A DNA stretch of 56,806 nucleotides from a virus. Taxonomy: Duplodnaviria > Caudoviricetes. Under the pieces are notes generated by a model. The model was not told where the DNA came from and did no database searches. It saw only the letters and a list, made by a program, of their open reading frames with translations. The translations under genes and the position numbers were made by a program. Every line of letters starts with the position of its first letter. The first letter of the stretch is position 1. Below are positions 7,735-18,260 of the stretch, in pieces. The stretch lies in the IMG/VR virus record IMGVR_UViG_3300010373_000054, positions 1-56,806 of that record. One strand, 5' to 3'.

Positions 7735-10395
7735 TTAAGTGTTGTCACTGAAAATCAAAGTTCCGGCATCAAGGTCAAATCTTACGGCACCACTTGCACT
7801 ACGAATAAGGCCAGCACGCAATTCTTTTACACGAGCGGCATTTAGTGAAAGAACACCAGATTGATAAATGAATGCATTTTCAATGTTTCCGTTAGCATCA
7901 CCAACGACAAATTGATCAGCCAAGAAAACTACACGGCTTGTTCCGCCAGCTTGAGCATCCATAAAGAAAGATGCTTGCGACCAATTACCGCCGCCACCAC
8001 TTCTAACTTGAATACCATAACGCGCCCAACCGCCACCGGGGCTTGCTTGAGCTTCACCCCGTATTGTAACATTACTTTCTACATTGTCAACCTTAGCATT
8101 AAGATTTGTAATAGCTGTTGCGTTTGCGTTAGCCTTTCCATCAACAGTTTGAATCTGTGCGCTCAAAACAGTAATTGCGTTAGCAATATCATTATCAACC
8201 TTAGCAGTAAGATCAATAAGCGCTTGAGAAATAGCCGATCCTGGGCCGGTTGCAACAGTAATTGCAACGTCAGCATATGCAGCAGCATTCTGGTAAGTGC
8301 TTGCCATTTCTATTCGGACTTGCTGTTTGTCCTTATAGTTTGAAACGTCTTGGTCAATGTCAAGAAGCATAAGCTTTCTTGCTTGTTCAATACTCTCACG
8401 AGTATTCCAACCAATCCATTCATCAGCAACACCAATGAAATCTTCAAGAGCTTCAGTGTCAATATCAAGATAAGGATCAAGACGAATATTTGGCGTCAAA
8501 ACTTCGATATAATCAGACCAATTTTGATTTGGGTTTAGCTCTGATATATAACGGCCTCTTACCATGTATCTTTGATCATGCAATATGTTTGGACTATCAA
8601 GTAGCCAACTAAAAGGAGACGCATAAACAATTTGATCAGAATCGAAAACAATTTGTCCAGTTGACAAGTGAACAGCTTGAACCCAAACATGGGTTACACC
8701 TTCAACATCTGGAGCGCAAGAAACTCTAATAGCTGCTCGCCTGTTTCTATTATTAGAATCCCTAATCTCTGTACCTTCAGCAGACCAACCTTTAACCACC
8801 TGTGAAGGGGGAGTGATAACGCCAATCCAACCAAAATCCATAGGCAATCTATCATCAGAAGACCAATCATAATCAGAAGGGTCTACTTCTTTGATAGTAA
8901 CCAACTGTGCCATAGATTGAGAGCCCTCAACATCAAGCACAACAAATTGTTTGTTTGTGTAGCCATTCCTTGCAGAAGTCCAAGATACAACATCGTTAGG
9001 CTCAAGAACATATGCTACAGGTGGCAACCAAATTCTATGAATTCTGAACCTTCTGTATTCCTTAATCATCGCCAGCATAAGGCGCTGAACCTGATTAGGA
9101 TAAGGTACGGTAGGGAAAGAAACTCCAGAAGCTAGACGTCTACCACCATCTGCAAGTTCAAGATCAGCCATGTATCTAGGAGGAGCATCTTTCGTTTGCC
9201 ATCTTTCTTGAGGCTCAGGATATTGCGCCGTAACACCGTTGAAAGTTTCACCTAGATTTGGGAATGGTTCAAGCTCTTGCGATTTTGTGACAATAACTTC
9301 ATTATCGGTAAAACCAAAAACAGAAGCGCCCGGAACACCAACGGTGACTTTAAAGAATCCACCTACTTCGGCAGGACGAGCGGAACAGCCAGAAAACAAA
9401 TCTTGAAGAACGTCAAGCGGCTCAATATCAAGAGTGATGTTTGCACCGGCTCTATATGCAGGCTCACCATCAACAATTTGATCACAAGCATTCATTGCAG
9501 CAAATGCATTAGAAAGAGGCCATCTATGAACTCCTACATTTTGACCCCCAAACATCCATTGATTGCCGTATCTAATACCACGAATAATATTATATGCAAT
9601 AACCATAGGATTGTTTGAAGGTTCCCATGTAGAAGGATCAGAATACCTATGTGTTCCGTTGCCACCAACTGTGGAATCTTTTCTAGGGTCATATAGCCTA
9701 ATAGACTTAGGCTCAATAAGCCATTGTGGAAGACCAGATGTGTAAACTTCACTATCATAAAGGCAAGTGAAGATTGCATATGAATTACCTATGCCAATAA
9801 AGTTGGCGTCAATTCCACGTTCGTTGTTTCTAAACTTATTGAACAAGTAAGGATCGACGGCAGTTTGATCACCCAAATGCCATTTAATCCACATATAATC
9901 CTTACCATCCTTACGGAATTCAAGGACAGGATAACCACGACCATCAGAGTGAGGCTGATTCATGAGAAGAGTTAGCTTTTGTTCTGAAGCCCAAAAAGTA
10001 GGATCGCCAGAAGTTGGCAAGCTTGAAAATTCGATTACGTCAGTCAAATAAGCATTTGGCGTGTCGCCATCGTTACCCCAAACACCAATATATTTTCGCC
10101 TCCCGCCTAAAGCCGTATCACCTACAGGGAAACTTGCAGGCTGATCATCACCCATCTGAATTTCAAGGTTTGAGCCTCCAGATTCAATAGATGGTTTCTT
10201 TGCAAGTGCTTTCTGCAAAAGGCTTGCACCAATTGACAAAGCTACATATAATACACCTTTAAGAAGCGTACCAGCTAGACCACCAGCCGCAAAAATACTT
10301 CCTACGAAAGTAAATGCAGCAGCTACAAATCCAGCATTAGCAACTACTGTTAGGCAGAAGAAGGCTATGAGAGTGTGAATAAAAAGCCAAAGCAT
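7735..10395 (-). CDS. tail tip / host-specificity (J-like) central fibre-hub protein
   Basis: 'LYDPRKDSTVGGNGTHR.SDPSTWEPSNNP' motif, coiled coil and C-terminal 'VVFLADQFVV' J-like end. Confidence 0.85.
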   Translation of the reverse strand: MLWLFIHTLIAFFCLTVVANAGFVAAAFTFVGSIFAAGGLAGTLLKGVLYVALSIGASLLQKALAKKPSIESGGSNLEIQMGDDQPASFPVGDTALGGRRKYIGVWGNDGDTPNAYLTDVIEFSSLPTSGDPTFWASEQKLTLLMNQPHSDGRGYPVLEFRKDGKDYMWIKWHLGDQTAVDPYLFNKFRNNERGIDANFIGIGNSYAIFTCLYDSEVYTSGLPQWLIEPKSIRLYDPRKDSTVGGNGTHRYSDPSTWEPSNNPMVIAYNIIRGIRYGNQWMFGGQNVGVHRWPLSNAFAAMNACDQIVDGEPAYRAGANITLDIEPLDVLQDLFSGCSARPAEVGGFFKVTVGVPGASVFGFTDNEVIVTKSQELEPFPNLGETFNGVTAQYPEPQERWQTKDAPPRYMADLELADGGRRLASGVSFPTVPYPNQVQRLMLAMIKEYRRFRIHRIWLPPVAYVLEPNDVVSWTSARNGYTNKQFVVLDVEGSQSMAQLVTIKEVDPSDYDWSSDDRLPMDFGWIGVITPPSQVVKGWSAEGTEIRDSNNRNRRAAIRVSCAPDVEGVTHVWVQAVHLSTGQIVFDSDQIVYASPFSWLLDSPNILHDQRYMVRGRYISELNPNQNWSDYIEVLTPNIRLDPYLDIDTEALEDFIGVADEWIGWNTRESIEQARKLMLLDIDQDVSNYKDKQQVRIEMASTYQNAAAYADVAITVATGPGSAISQALIDLTAKVDNDIANAITVLSAQIQTVDGKANANATAITNLNAKVDNVESNVTIRGEAQASPGGGWARYGIQVRSGGGGNWSQASFFMDAQAGGTSRVVFLADQFVVGDANGNIENAFIYQSGVLSLNAARVKELRAGLIRSASGAVRFDLDAGTLIFSDNT

Positions 10396-10396
10396 A

Positions 10397-10831
10397 TCAA
10401 CCTACCTTAAAAAATCTGGAGGCTGAAAACAAATCAACACTTCCAACTCCATTTTCAGAGAGAACGATAATTCTCTCTCCATTAACTACGCCCAAAGCAT
10501 AACCAAATCCGTCATCAGTTTTGATTGCTGCAATGTCGCCAATTTTTGCTTCCGACAAATGAATTTCAGGAAGAATAGAAGAAGCCAGTTCAGCAACATC
10601 GTTAAAACCATTCGACTTCATAACTTTGAATGCTGTCTTAGCATCCCAATACTGACCTTCGTATTCCTTTGCTAAGTCTTTTCCTGTCATAGCAAGAACC
10701 AATTTTCTAACAAGACCTATAGCACAATCATTTTCGCCCCATTTGAAAGGCTTATGATAAAGATCATCTACAGCTTTGCTAAAAGGCTCGCGCCATTTTT
10801 CTATTCGCTTTATTTCTGTTTTCTTCCCCAT
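10397..10831 (-). CDS. NlpC/P60-like tail protein (DUF6950-like)
   Basis: 'PFKWGENDC', 'AMTGKD', 'AKIGDIA' motifs; position before hub gene. Confidence 0.75.
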   Translation of the reverse strand: MGKKTEIKRIEKWREPFSKAVDDLYHKPFKWGENDCAIGLVRKLVLAMTGKDLAKEYEGQYWDAKTAFKVMKSNGFNDVAELASSILPEIHLSEAKIGDIAAIKTDDGFGYALGVVNGERIIVLSENGVGSVDLFSASRFFKVG

Positions 10832-11433
10832 GGAACATCCCACTTTGCTACTGTTGAAGCGAACTTGCCCCAATTGTCATTAATATCTCTAAGCTTCTGT
10901 CCTTCATTAGAAGACAACAAAGGGTTAACAATACTCAACATTGAAATGGCATCACTAACCATAGTAATTGAGATATTGCCTTCTGATACAACTTCAGGAG
11001 TGTTTAGAGGAGCAGCATCAATCTCACCAAGAAAAACACATTCTGGAGGAGATACAGGATCGCGACCATTCATCAAGCATTCATGTATTTCTGCTTTAGA
11101 AAGCCTCAAGTCATAGCCGCGAACGGCTGTTTGAGCTTGAACAGAAATTTGGTTCAGAGTTGCTGTTACTTCCTCAATCTCAAGTTTTGAGTTCCTTGGA
11201 ATTGGTGATATCTTTAAATTTTGAGCGCCGTAATATTGTCTAGCTTCTTCCAAGCCGGTTGTAGGAGAAATTACCGTGATGTTAATATCTTCATCACCAT
11301 TCCAAAAACCAATTCGAACAATAGCGCCAGTTGAGATTTCTTTTGTTTCTATAAAAAGAAACTGCCTAGGCACAATCCCGCTATCGCGAGACTGCGACAA
11401 GGCAGCAAGAAAATTTGGATTAATGTTTCTCAT
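10810..11433 (-). CDS. tail tip/baseplate hub protein
   Basis: 'GFWNG' motif, C-terminal 'VPWG'; synteny. Confidence 0.7.
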   Translation of the reverse strand: MRNINPNFLAALSQSRDSGIVPRQFLFIETKEISTGAIVRIGFWNGDEDINITVISPTTGLEEARQYYGAQNLKISPIPRNSKLEIEEVTATLNQISVQAQTAVRGYDLRLSKAEIHECLMNGRDPVSPPECVFLGEIDAAPLNTPEVVSEGNISITMVSDAISMLSIVNPLLSSNEGQKLRDINDNWGKFASTVAKWDVPWGRKQK

Positions 11434-12065
11434 TTCTTTTGAATTGCCCTAAATGTAAGACCTGTGGTAAACAACCCTGAAGCGCTACCGGGATTAAATG
11501 AGTCTGGAAAAATTATCATTTGACAAGCTGGATTGTAGAATTTAGCTACTTGACCAACAGCAACACCGGCTGGAATGTTAGGGAAAATATTTACATTTCC
11601 AAATTCGCCAGTTGAGAGAGATGTATAATCTTCACTAACTTCATGGAAAGACATTCGTCCAGTTCCATAATTTAGTTCAAATTTATCTCCGGCCTTCAAT
11701 TGAAATGAAGGAGAAAAACCATTCAAACCAATCGTATAACCACCATTTGTGATTGACGATATCGTTATAGTGTTTGTTCCGGCTAGAGCGCCGTTTTTAT
11801 CAAATTGTGGATTCTTTGAAATAGGATCATTTAAAAGCAGAGGCTCTTGCGAACCTCTCAAAGCTCTTATCCTCGCGGCTAGTCTTTTAATTTCATCGTG
11901 ATAATTCACATTGACATTAAATGTTGCCGTCCAAAGAGGCGGGGCAAGCTCTGCCTGCCACACCCTTCCGTCACCAGTTCCAGAAAGTTCATCGTTTCTC
12001 TGAATATCCCAAACGACACTTTCAATACACAAAAGATCATTAAGATATGAAAGTGGCTTCGTCAT
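11430..12065 (-). CDS. distal tail protein
   Basis: 'SGTGDGRVWQAELAPPLWTA'; directly after tape measure. Confidence 0.75.
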   Translation of the reverse strand: MTKPLSYLNDLLCIESVVWDIQRNDELSGTGDGRVWQAELAPPLWTATFNVNVNYHDEIKRLAARIRALRGSQEPLLLNDPISKNPQFDKNGALAGTNTITISSITNGGYTIGLNGFSPSFQLKAGDKFELNYGTGRMSFHEVSEDYTSLSTGEFGNVNIFPNIPAGVAVGQVAKFYNPACQMIIFPDSFNPGSASGLFTTGLTFRAIQKK

Positions 12066-15000
12066 ACTCTACTTCTCCTTCTAGGATTCATTTGGATTTC
12101 TTGCATTCTATCAGGGAGAAGGCTGTTATATTCAGCCATGCCTTGTTGCGTAACATCACGGCTAACACTGTAAGAAATTTCTTGAACAGCGGCACGCCAA
12201 TTACCATCTTCGTCAACGTAATTCCTTACACCAACGTCAACACCTACACGTTGAGAACCACCGCCAATAGAGCCAGCACGACGAGACAAAGAAGAATTGT
12301 TTACAGCAACGCCACTTGGAACATAACCGCCACTTGCATAACCCCTCTTACCCATTCTATGAAGGGCTTCAAGGTTTCCAAGACCAATATTCTTAGTTGC
12401 CTGTTTAGACATGACGTATTCGCCGCCATGAACAACACCTTTTGGCTCATACTTGCCACCATCACCAGTGTAACCACCGTCAGCAAAACCAAAGATTTTA
12501 CCAATAGCGCCAAAGCCACCAGAACCAGAAGCACCAAATAGAATGTCAAGACCAATCTTGAGGAAAGCGTCAGCAAGTTTACCAAGGGCATTTTGCAATG
12601 CTTCTACGGCTGATTTACCCTTGACAAGATCAGAAACAATTCCAGCACCAGCAGACCTAGAAGCTTCACGGATTGTATTCCATTGTTCTTCTAATTCTTT
12701 GTTTCCTTCTTTAAGTTGGTTTTGGTTTGCAACAGCAGCACCATAAGAATCGGCAAGGAAGTAAATGTCTTCGGCCTGCTTTCGAGCTTTTGGAGAAAGT
12801 CTATCGAAGTCACCAGCAAGCAATTCTTGCAATGTTAGTTCTTCTTTTGATACTTCCATATTAGCACGTTTTGCGTCAGAAAGCAACTTTTGCGCCGTTT
12901 CTGCTTTAGCAAGTGCAAGGCCATAATCATTTACTACAGGGTTGAATTGCTGAAGAATTTCTTGTTCTGCTTGCAGCAAGGCAATTCGTTCTTGAGTAGA
13001 GCGAACTTCCTTCTGGTAGTCGTCAAGCTTTTCTTTCTTTTCTTTTGGCTTCTTCTTTGATTCGCGTTCCGCTTTACGTTCGTTCTGACGGTCAATATCA
13101 CCCTGCAAACGAGCAAGTGCAATCTGGTTGATTTGCTCTTCTGTTAGGTCTTTTTCGTCTTTTTTAGCTTCTTTACGAACTTGCTCACGAAGCTTGGAAA
13201 GCTTATAGTCTCTATCGTTAAGAGCAGCGGACTTCTTTTGCTCTTCAACGTATGCCTTAGCGTCACGATCTTTATAGAATGGAGCAGCATCCGGCCCTAA
13301 TTGACCATTATCAACACCATCAACATTTACTGCTTTAAGTTCACGAGAACGGGCGATAGCAAGATTAAGCTTGCCGACCAAAGTATCAAGGCTTTGGAAG
13401 AATCCACCCAAGTTAGGGCTAATACCACTAAGACTTTCAATTGTCTTTCTAGTTTCTTCCGTAACTTCTCCAGTTTCAATAATCTTTTTGATTGCAGTAT
13501 CAAGAGAATCGGCTTGCTCCTGACTCAAGAAACCTTGATCTTGGAAACCCTGAACACTATTTCTCAAGCTTTCAAATTGAGAATTGATTTCAAGAAGGCC
13601 GGGAACTTCACCCAAAGAAATAAGATATGTGTTAAGATTGTTAACCTGTTCTACTAGTTCTTCTGCCCTATCAGCAGCATCAGCCACAGGCTTTGTAATA
13701 TCAGTGTTTCTGATTTCTTCAAGTCTGATCTTTGCAGTAGCAGCAGAGATTTCAAAGTTCTTAAAATCATTAAGGACTTTCTCAATTCCCGCAGCGCCTT
13801 GCTTATCGTTCACACTAGCCCAAAAAGTGATTGCAGAATTTCTAGCCTGATCAATTACAGCAGCAAAGTTATTCTCATTACCAAGAAGCGCCCAACCTTC
13901 ACGAACATTATCAATTTCGTCACGAATCTGTTGAATCTTTCGGCGTCTTGATGCATCAGAGAGATTATCTGTTGCTTTGGAAGCCTTATCAATTTCTTCA
14001 GCGGTTTTAAGCGAGACGATACCAAGCTTAACCATTTCCGCTTGAAGGGTAGCAGTTTGAGCTTCGGCATTAGCAGCGGAAGAAATATAAGAATAAAGAG
14101 CAACGCTTGCAAGACCACCAATGATAGCAGTCAAAGGACCAAGGGCCGCGCCAAGAGCGCCAAATGCAATAGAAGAAGAACCGGCTGTAGCCGAAGCCAC
14201 TCTAAGAGAACGTGTAAACGTCAACAATTGAGAACCCATATGGCCAATGTTGTTAATCGCTGTTCCTATCTGCCTTCCAATAAACACGCCAGCCAAAACA
14301 GCAGCAAATTTAAATGCAACGTCAGCAGCAGTGTCAATATTGTTTGCAAGTTTTGTTAGAGCCGAAGTAATAACAGCACTTGCGCCTTGAGCTTTATCAG
14401 CCTGACCAATGTATTGAGTCAGTGCATTGCTAACTCTTGTTATGCTTTCTCCGATGGTTGCTGTAGTCGTATTAAAGATAGCGTTGATATTCTGTTCAGC
14501 ATTTAGAATGCCACGGAAAACACGATCCGTTGTAAGCTTACCTTCAGCGCCCAAATCTTTAAGCTTGGCAATAGTTACACCAAATTCATTAGCGATTGCT
14601 TGAGCTACGAGAGGAGCGTTTTCACGCAAGGAGCGAAGTTCGTCACCCTGAAGGAAGCCGGAACCCAAAGCCTGACCAAGCTGGAGAATACCCGCCGCTT
14701 GTTCCGATGCAGCAGCGCCACCAGCCTTAAATGCTTTGTTGACAGTATCAGTTGCCCTTGCTACTTCTTCTTCGCTCTTAGCAACATCTTTTGTTGATCG
14801 AAGAATACGAGCATAAAGGTTTACCGTTTCACTGATTCCAGAACGTGACTGATTAGCCAAATCGTTAAGCTGTTCGAGTGATCTTGCTTGCCTGCCAGCT
14901 ACTTGAGAAGCGGCGGCGATTTCGTTTCCTAGTCGCGTCCAAGTATCAGCATAATTGATAAGCTCTTTTGTTCCAAGATAAGCGCCTACGGTTGCGAACA

Positions 15001-15358
15001 CCTTATTGAAGGTAGAATCAAACGCAGAAACCGCACTACGAGCGCGGTTCACTTGATCTGGAAGATTATTAAAAAAGCTTAGGCTAGGAGCATCTACTTG
15101 CGGCCTAATCTTCGTCGCATTGATCTTTTCAATTCTTCGTTGAGCAGCATCAAAGCTTTGATTCATTTTCGTTACAGCAGAATAATCAATCTTGACACGC
15201 TGATTTTGAAGCTTTGAGAAAAGCTTAGTCGCTGTAGAGCTTGTTTGTTTTAGAGAATTATCGAATTGCGCAACTGTTGATTTAGCCTTTGCCAAAGCAT
15301 CGACAAGGGGCTTTAGATCGCCAGTGATTTTTACGCTTGCCTCACCTACAACGGCCAT
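12062..15358 (-). CDS. tape measure protein
   Basis: 'QLGQALGSGFLQGDELRSLRENAP' tape-measure domain; C-terminal 'FADGGYTGDGGKYEPKGVVHGGEYV'; 1098 aa. Confidence 0.95.
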   Translation of the reverse strand: MAVVGEASVKITGDLKPLVDALAKAKSTVAQFDNSLKQTSSTATKLFSKLQNQRVKIDYSAVTKMNQSFDAAQRRIEKINATKIRPQVDAPSLSFFNNLPDQVNRARSAVSAFDSTFNKVFATVGAYLGTKELINYADTWTRLGNEIAAASQVAGRQARSLEQLNDLANQSRSGISETVNLYARILRSTKDVAKSEEEVARATDTVNKAFKAGGAAASEQAAGILQLGQALGSGFLQGDELRSLRENAPLVAQAIANEFGVTIAKLKDLGAEGKLTTDRVFRGILNAEQNINAIFNTTTATIGESITRVSNALTQYIGQADKAQGASAVITSALTKLANNIDTAADVAFKFAAVLAGVFIGRQIGTAINNIGHMGSQLLTFTRSLRVASATAGSSSIAFGALGAALGPLTAIIGGLASVALYSYISSAANAEAQTATLQAEMVKLGIVSLKTAEEIDKASKATDNLSDASRRRKIQQIRDEIDNVREGWALLGNENNFAAVIDQARNSAITFWASVNDKQGAAGIEKVLNDFKNFEISAATAKIRLEEIRNTDITKPVADAADRAEELVEQVNNLNTYLISLGEVPGLLEINSQFESLRNSVQGFQDQGFLSQEQADSLDTAIKKIIETGEVTEETRKTIESLSGISPNLGGFFQSLDTLVGKLNLAIARSRELKAVNVDGVDNGQLGPDAAPFYKDRDAKAYVEEQKKSAALNDRDYKLSKLREQVRKEAKKDEKDLTEEQINQIALARLQGDIDRQNERKAERESKKKPKEKKEKLDDYQKEVRSTQERIALLQAEQEILQQFNPVVNDYGLALAKAETAQKLLSDAKRANMEVSKEELTLQELLAGDFDRLSPKARKQAEDIYFLADSYGAAVANQNQLKEGNKELEEQWNTIREASRSAGAGIVSDLVKGKSAVEALQNALGKLADAFLKIGLDILFGASGSGGFGAIGKIFGFADGGYTGDGGKYEPKGVVHGGEYVMSKQATKNIGLGNLEALHRMGKRGYASGGYVPSGVAVNNSSLSRRAGSIGGGSQRVGVDVGVRNYVDEDGNWRAAVQEISYSVSRDVTQQGMAEYNSLLPDRMQEIQMNPRRRSRV

Positions 15359-15370
15359 GATATAAACCTC

Positions 15371-15625
15371 TTATTCTGTGGTTCCAAAAATGGAATTTAA
15401 ATTTTCCCAACTTACAGCCTTTTTAGGTGTAGGCTCATTAGATGATTTCTTGCTGTTAGATTTCTTCTTTTCGCCGGAACCATGGATTGCTTGAAGCTTT
15501 TCAACGTGACCATCATAAGCCAAGATGATTTCTTGCATATGAGCCGCACGAGTTTCTTTAGCACTCCAGCCAATCCAGCCAGTTCCAACTTTAAAGAGCC
15601 ATTTCAAGAAATCTTCATAAGTCAT
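15371..15625 (-). CDS. tail assembly chaperone (gpT-like frameshift partner)
   Basis: between chaperone and TMP; in -1 frame relative to upstream ORF. Confidence 0.75.
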   Translation of the reverse strand: MTYEDFLKWLFKVGTGWIGWSAKETRAAHMQEIILAYDGHVEKLQAIHGSGEKKKSNSKKSSNEPTPKKAVSWENLNSIFGTTE

Positions 15626-15969
15626 TCGGTCTTTTTTTTAGAGCCGTCATCTTCTTCAGTTGGCTTTTTACCGCCATTAGCGCAAAGCATAATGAATTCG
15701 ATTGCATCAGGCATTACTTCCATGAAGCCTTTTGCATAAATTGATTCTTTGAGTCCTGCCTTTGAATAACCCTTTGCAGAATTCTTAATCTTCTTTTCAA
15801 GTCCAGCATCAACAACGTCAACAATTGCATTGAAGTTCAAAGAACCTACAGCCTCAATTGCGCGGTTGAAATCCCCAAACGTTTCGTTAATCAGTTCCAC
15901 CGCATCAAGCGATGGAACCAATTCAAAAACGCCTTCACCGGGAAATTCAATTTTCACGGTTTCAAACAT
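15622..15969 (-). CDS. tail assembly chaperone (gpG/GTA-gp10-like)
   Basis: follows tail tube gene; ends in slippery A-tract. Confidence 0.75.
   Translation of the reverse strand: MFETVKIEFPGEGVFELVPSLDAVELINETFGDFNRAIEAVGSLNFNAIVDVVDAGLEKKIKNSAKGYSKAGLKESIYAKGFMEVMPDAIEFIMLCANGGKKPTEEDDGSKKKTE
15631..15637 (-). other. programmed -1 frameshift slippery site A AAA AAG
   Basis: TCT AAA AAA AAG ACC GAA TGA; -1 slip reads GAC CGA ATG ACT in frame with 15371-15625. Confidence 0.8.
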
Positions 15970-15979
15970 TTATATTTCC

Positions 15980-16462
15980 TTATGTGCCAGCCGTAGAATC
16001 TACACGAACAGGCTTAGTGTTAATCGTAACAGTCGTGGTAGTCGTAACAACGTCATCAGCACCAGCAACGTTAACAGCGTTAGCAGTCACCTTACCACCA
16101 AAATACCAAATAGCGTTCGTGCCAGTTGCATTCTGCTTATTTGGAAGTTCGATCTTGAAGTAGTAAGTAAGACCGCTATCAACGGCATCAGCGAGAAGTG
16201 GGAAAGCCGTAGTAGTGTCATCATATGCAATGGTCATTTCAAGCTGTCCATTGTCAACTGCACCCGGAAGACGCTGAAGAATTCCATCGCCGAGACAGGT
16301 GAATTCAGTCTGATTTCGCGTAGGTCCAAAAGAACCAAGAGATTCAACACAACCCACTTCAACATATGTCAGAGCGGCATAACCAGCTTCATCATTAGTT
16401 GCTGGTGGAGTCGTGGTAGGGGTCATAGATACAATAGTACCGGCACCAGTAAAGATAGCCAT
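15980..16462 (-). CDS. major tail tube protein
   Basis: 'ALTYVEVGCVESLGSFG', 'G..DNGQLEMTIAYD', 'FKIELP' tail-tube pattern. Confidence 0.85.
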   Translation of the reverse strand: MAIFTGAGTIVSMTPTTTPPATNDEAGYAALTYVEVGCVESLGSFGPTRNQTEFTCLGDGILQRLPGAVDNGQLEMTIAYDDTTTAFPLLADAVDSGLTYYFKIELPNKQNATGTNAIWYFGGKVTANAVNVAGADDVVTTTTTVTINTKPVRVDSTAGT

Positions 16463-16476
16463 TATTTATATTCCTC

Positions 16477-16908
16477 TTAATAATTAACTTCGAAGTTGAG
16501 AGTTATAGCCCTAGCTATAGTTTCATTGTCATCAGTTGGAGCGGGGAACGGATTAGAAGCCGTAACAGAAACAACTCTGACGCCTTGGATATCCAAAGAA
16601 GTTGGATTCATTCGATGAAAAGAACGTGCCACAGAATTAGCAGCACGTTCTATATTTACATATTGATTTGGAGTTAAGTTTTTATCGTAAACTATTACGT
16701 TATATAAAATGTTTCTTTTGAAGCAATTAATGTAATCGCTATCATTGCCGCCTAAAGTTGTTGAAATGATGCACATAGGATATGGCGCATCTTGAGGAAC
16801 CGGCCTATAAGTGAATATAGATTCACTGTTATTATAATTAGCGATTATATCAACGAAGTCCTGAATAGTCAATAGATGCTTACGAATAGCAACGCTTAAA
16901 TCAATCAT
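16477..16908 (-). CDS. tail terminator/completion protein (DUF3168-like)
   Basis: 'PVPQDAPYP' motif, synteny. Confidence 0.7.
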   Translation of the reverse strand: MIDLSVAIRKHLLTIQDFVDIIANYNNSESIFTYRPVPQDAPYPMCIISTTLGGNDSDYINCFKRNILYNVIVYDKNLTPNQYVNIERAANSVARSFHRMNPTSLDIQGVRVVSVTASNPFPAPTDDNETIARAITLNFEVNY

Positions 16909-17312
16909 CTTTCTAACACTTTCTTCAACGGCCTTGATATTATATTAGCCAAGTCTTTTCTTTTATAAAGCAACGCTCTAGTTAAAGTAGGTCTAGGGGC
17001 CATTTTTACGGTTCCCAATTCCAGCGCTAGGGCATATTCGTAATCAGCAGAAATTACACCTTCATATTTTTTAAATTCAGTCTTGGTGTTTTTTAATGCA
17101 TTTCCTGTTTCGTTTGCAAAAGATTCATTAGGTGCAGATGCTTGATGTGTTGCATTTTTATGCAATCTATTTCTATAGATGTTGCCAGTTTTAGGAGTAT
17201 CTAAAACAAGTCTTAAAGTCTCATCATAAACTTCTTGCGTTGCATCAACAACGCCATCATCTACAGCCTCAAACATCCTTGATACTAATTTATCATTCCA
17301 AACCAAAACCAT
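16905..17312 (-). CDS. neck protein, HK97 gp10-like
   Basis: 'HQASAP.E', 'YALALELGTVKMAPRP' signature. Confidence 0.85.
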   Translation of the reverse strand: MVLVWNDKLVSRMFEAVDDGVVDATQEVYDETLRLVLDTPKTGNIYRNRLHKNATHQASAPNESFANETGNALKNTKTEFKKYEGVISADYEYALALELGTVKMAPRPTLTRALLYKRKDLANIISRPLKKVLER

Positions 17313-17313
17313 A

Positions 17314-17688
17314 TCAAATTACCGAATAAGATTGACAATTAAAATGAGCTAAAGCAGGATCAGTTTCCACCGCTCGAATTTGATATTGCGGAAAATTGGC
17401 AAATTTAATCCTGTCATCTTTAATAGGATCAGTATCGCAATTTCCAGCAATAAATACAATTTTAACGTCATTGTCAGGAATGCCAGCATTCCGACGATAA
17501 AATGCAGAGTAGTTATCAACAAACCCTTCCATTCTATATGACGTTTCAATCGTTTGAGGAATTCCCCTTTCATCTACATCACCATTTGTCTTACGTGTTA
17601 AAACACCTACCAACAAACGGCCTTTAAATCCTTTTGCGAGTTGGCTTCTTAGGCCAGTGTTTGAATTAGGGTCTAGGAAGCTTACCAT
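17314..17688 (-). CDS. head closure/head-tail joining protein
   Basis: 'GIPDNDVKI', 'VETDPA' motifs; synteny. Confidence 0.65.
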   Translation of the reverse strand: MVSFLDPNSNTGLRSQLAKGFKGRLLVGVLTRKTNGDVDERGIPQTIETSYRMEGFVDNYSAFYRRNAGIPDNDVKIVFIAGNCDTDPIKDDRIKFANFPQYQIRAVETDPALAHFNCQSYSVI

Positions 17689-17918
17689 TAATGAACCCTA
17701 CAACTAAAACAAATAGATTGATCGATAGAATCCCATTCAGATTGCGTAACGATTAGTTTTTGTGCAAGTAGCTTTTCATAGTTGACAAGCAAAAGATCAT
17801 TGGGGAATTCCTCACCGCGACGAATTACAGTGTCAAGTTCGGCAACGGTAATTCTAGTCATAGCGATATATTTAGGAGTTCTTGTAATCTTCTGCGATCT
17901 TGTTTGCTTCTTCCTCAT
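17688..17918 (-). CDS. hypothetical protein
   Basis: in-operon ORF overlapping neighbours. Confidence 0.55.
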   Translation of the reverse strand: MRKKQTRSQKITRTPKYIAMTRITVAELDTVIRRGEEFPNDLLLVNYEKLLAQKLIVTQSEWDSIDQSICFSCRVH

Positions 17919-18198
17919 TACGAGTTGCCTTTCCTACTAGTTCGCCATTGGCATCCAAAACTTTATACCAAATGCCAGCCTTAACTACGGAAACTTCTTT
18001 ATCTGTAAAAACCTTTTCAGGGGTCTTAGTTTCCGGCTCTTTCTTTTCAACCTTTGGTGATTTGAATTCAACAGCTTCAATTGCTTTGTTGTGAATTGCC
18101 TGATCCCAAGGGTAGCCATCAAAATGCTTTACAATATCACCAAGAGAATAAGTCTTGTCACCAATAAGAGTGTTGTAACGTAATACGCGATATTCCAT
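17872..18198 (-). CDS. hypothetical protein after capsid gene
   Basis: AAGGA SD before ATG at 18198. Confidence 0.65.
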   Translation of the reverse strand: MEYRVLRYNTLIGDKTYSLGDIVKHFDGYPWDQAIHNKAIEAVEFKSPKVEKKEPETKTPEKVFTDKEVSVVKAGIWYKVLDANGELVGKATRNEEEANKIAEDYKNS

Positions 18199-18220
18199 AG
18201 TTTTTCCTTTCCTAGAAAAC

Positions 18221-18246
18221 AAAAAAAAGGGTGGCTTGCGCCACCC
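18221..18246 (-). terminator. terminator after major capsid gene
   Basis: GGGTGGC-GCAA-GCCACCC-T8. Confidence 0.9.
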
Positions 18247-18260
18247 TAAATTAAGCGCTA

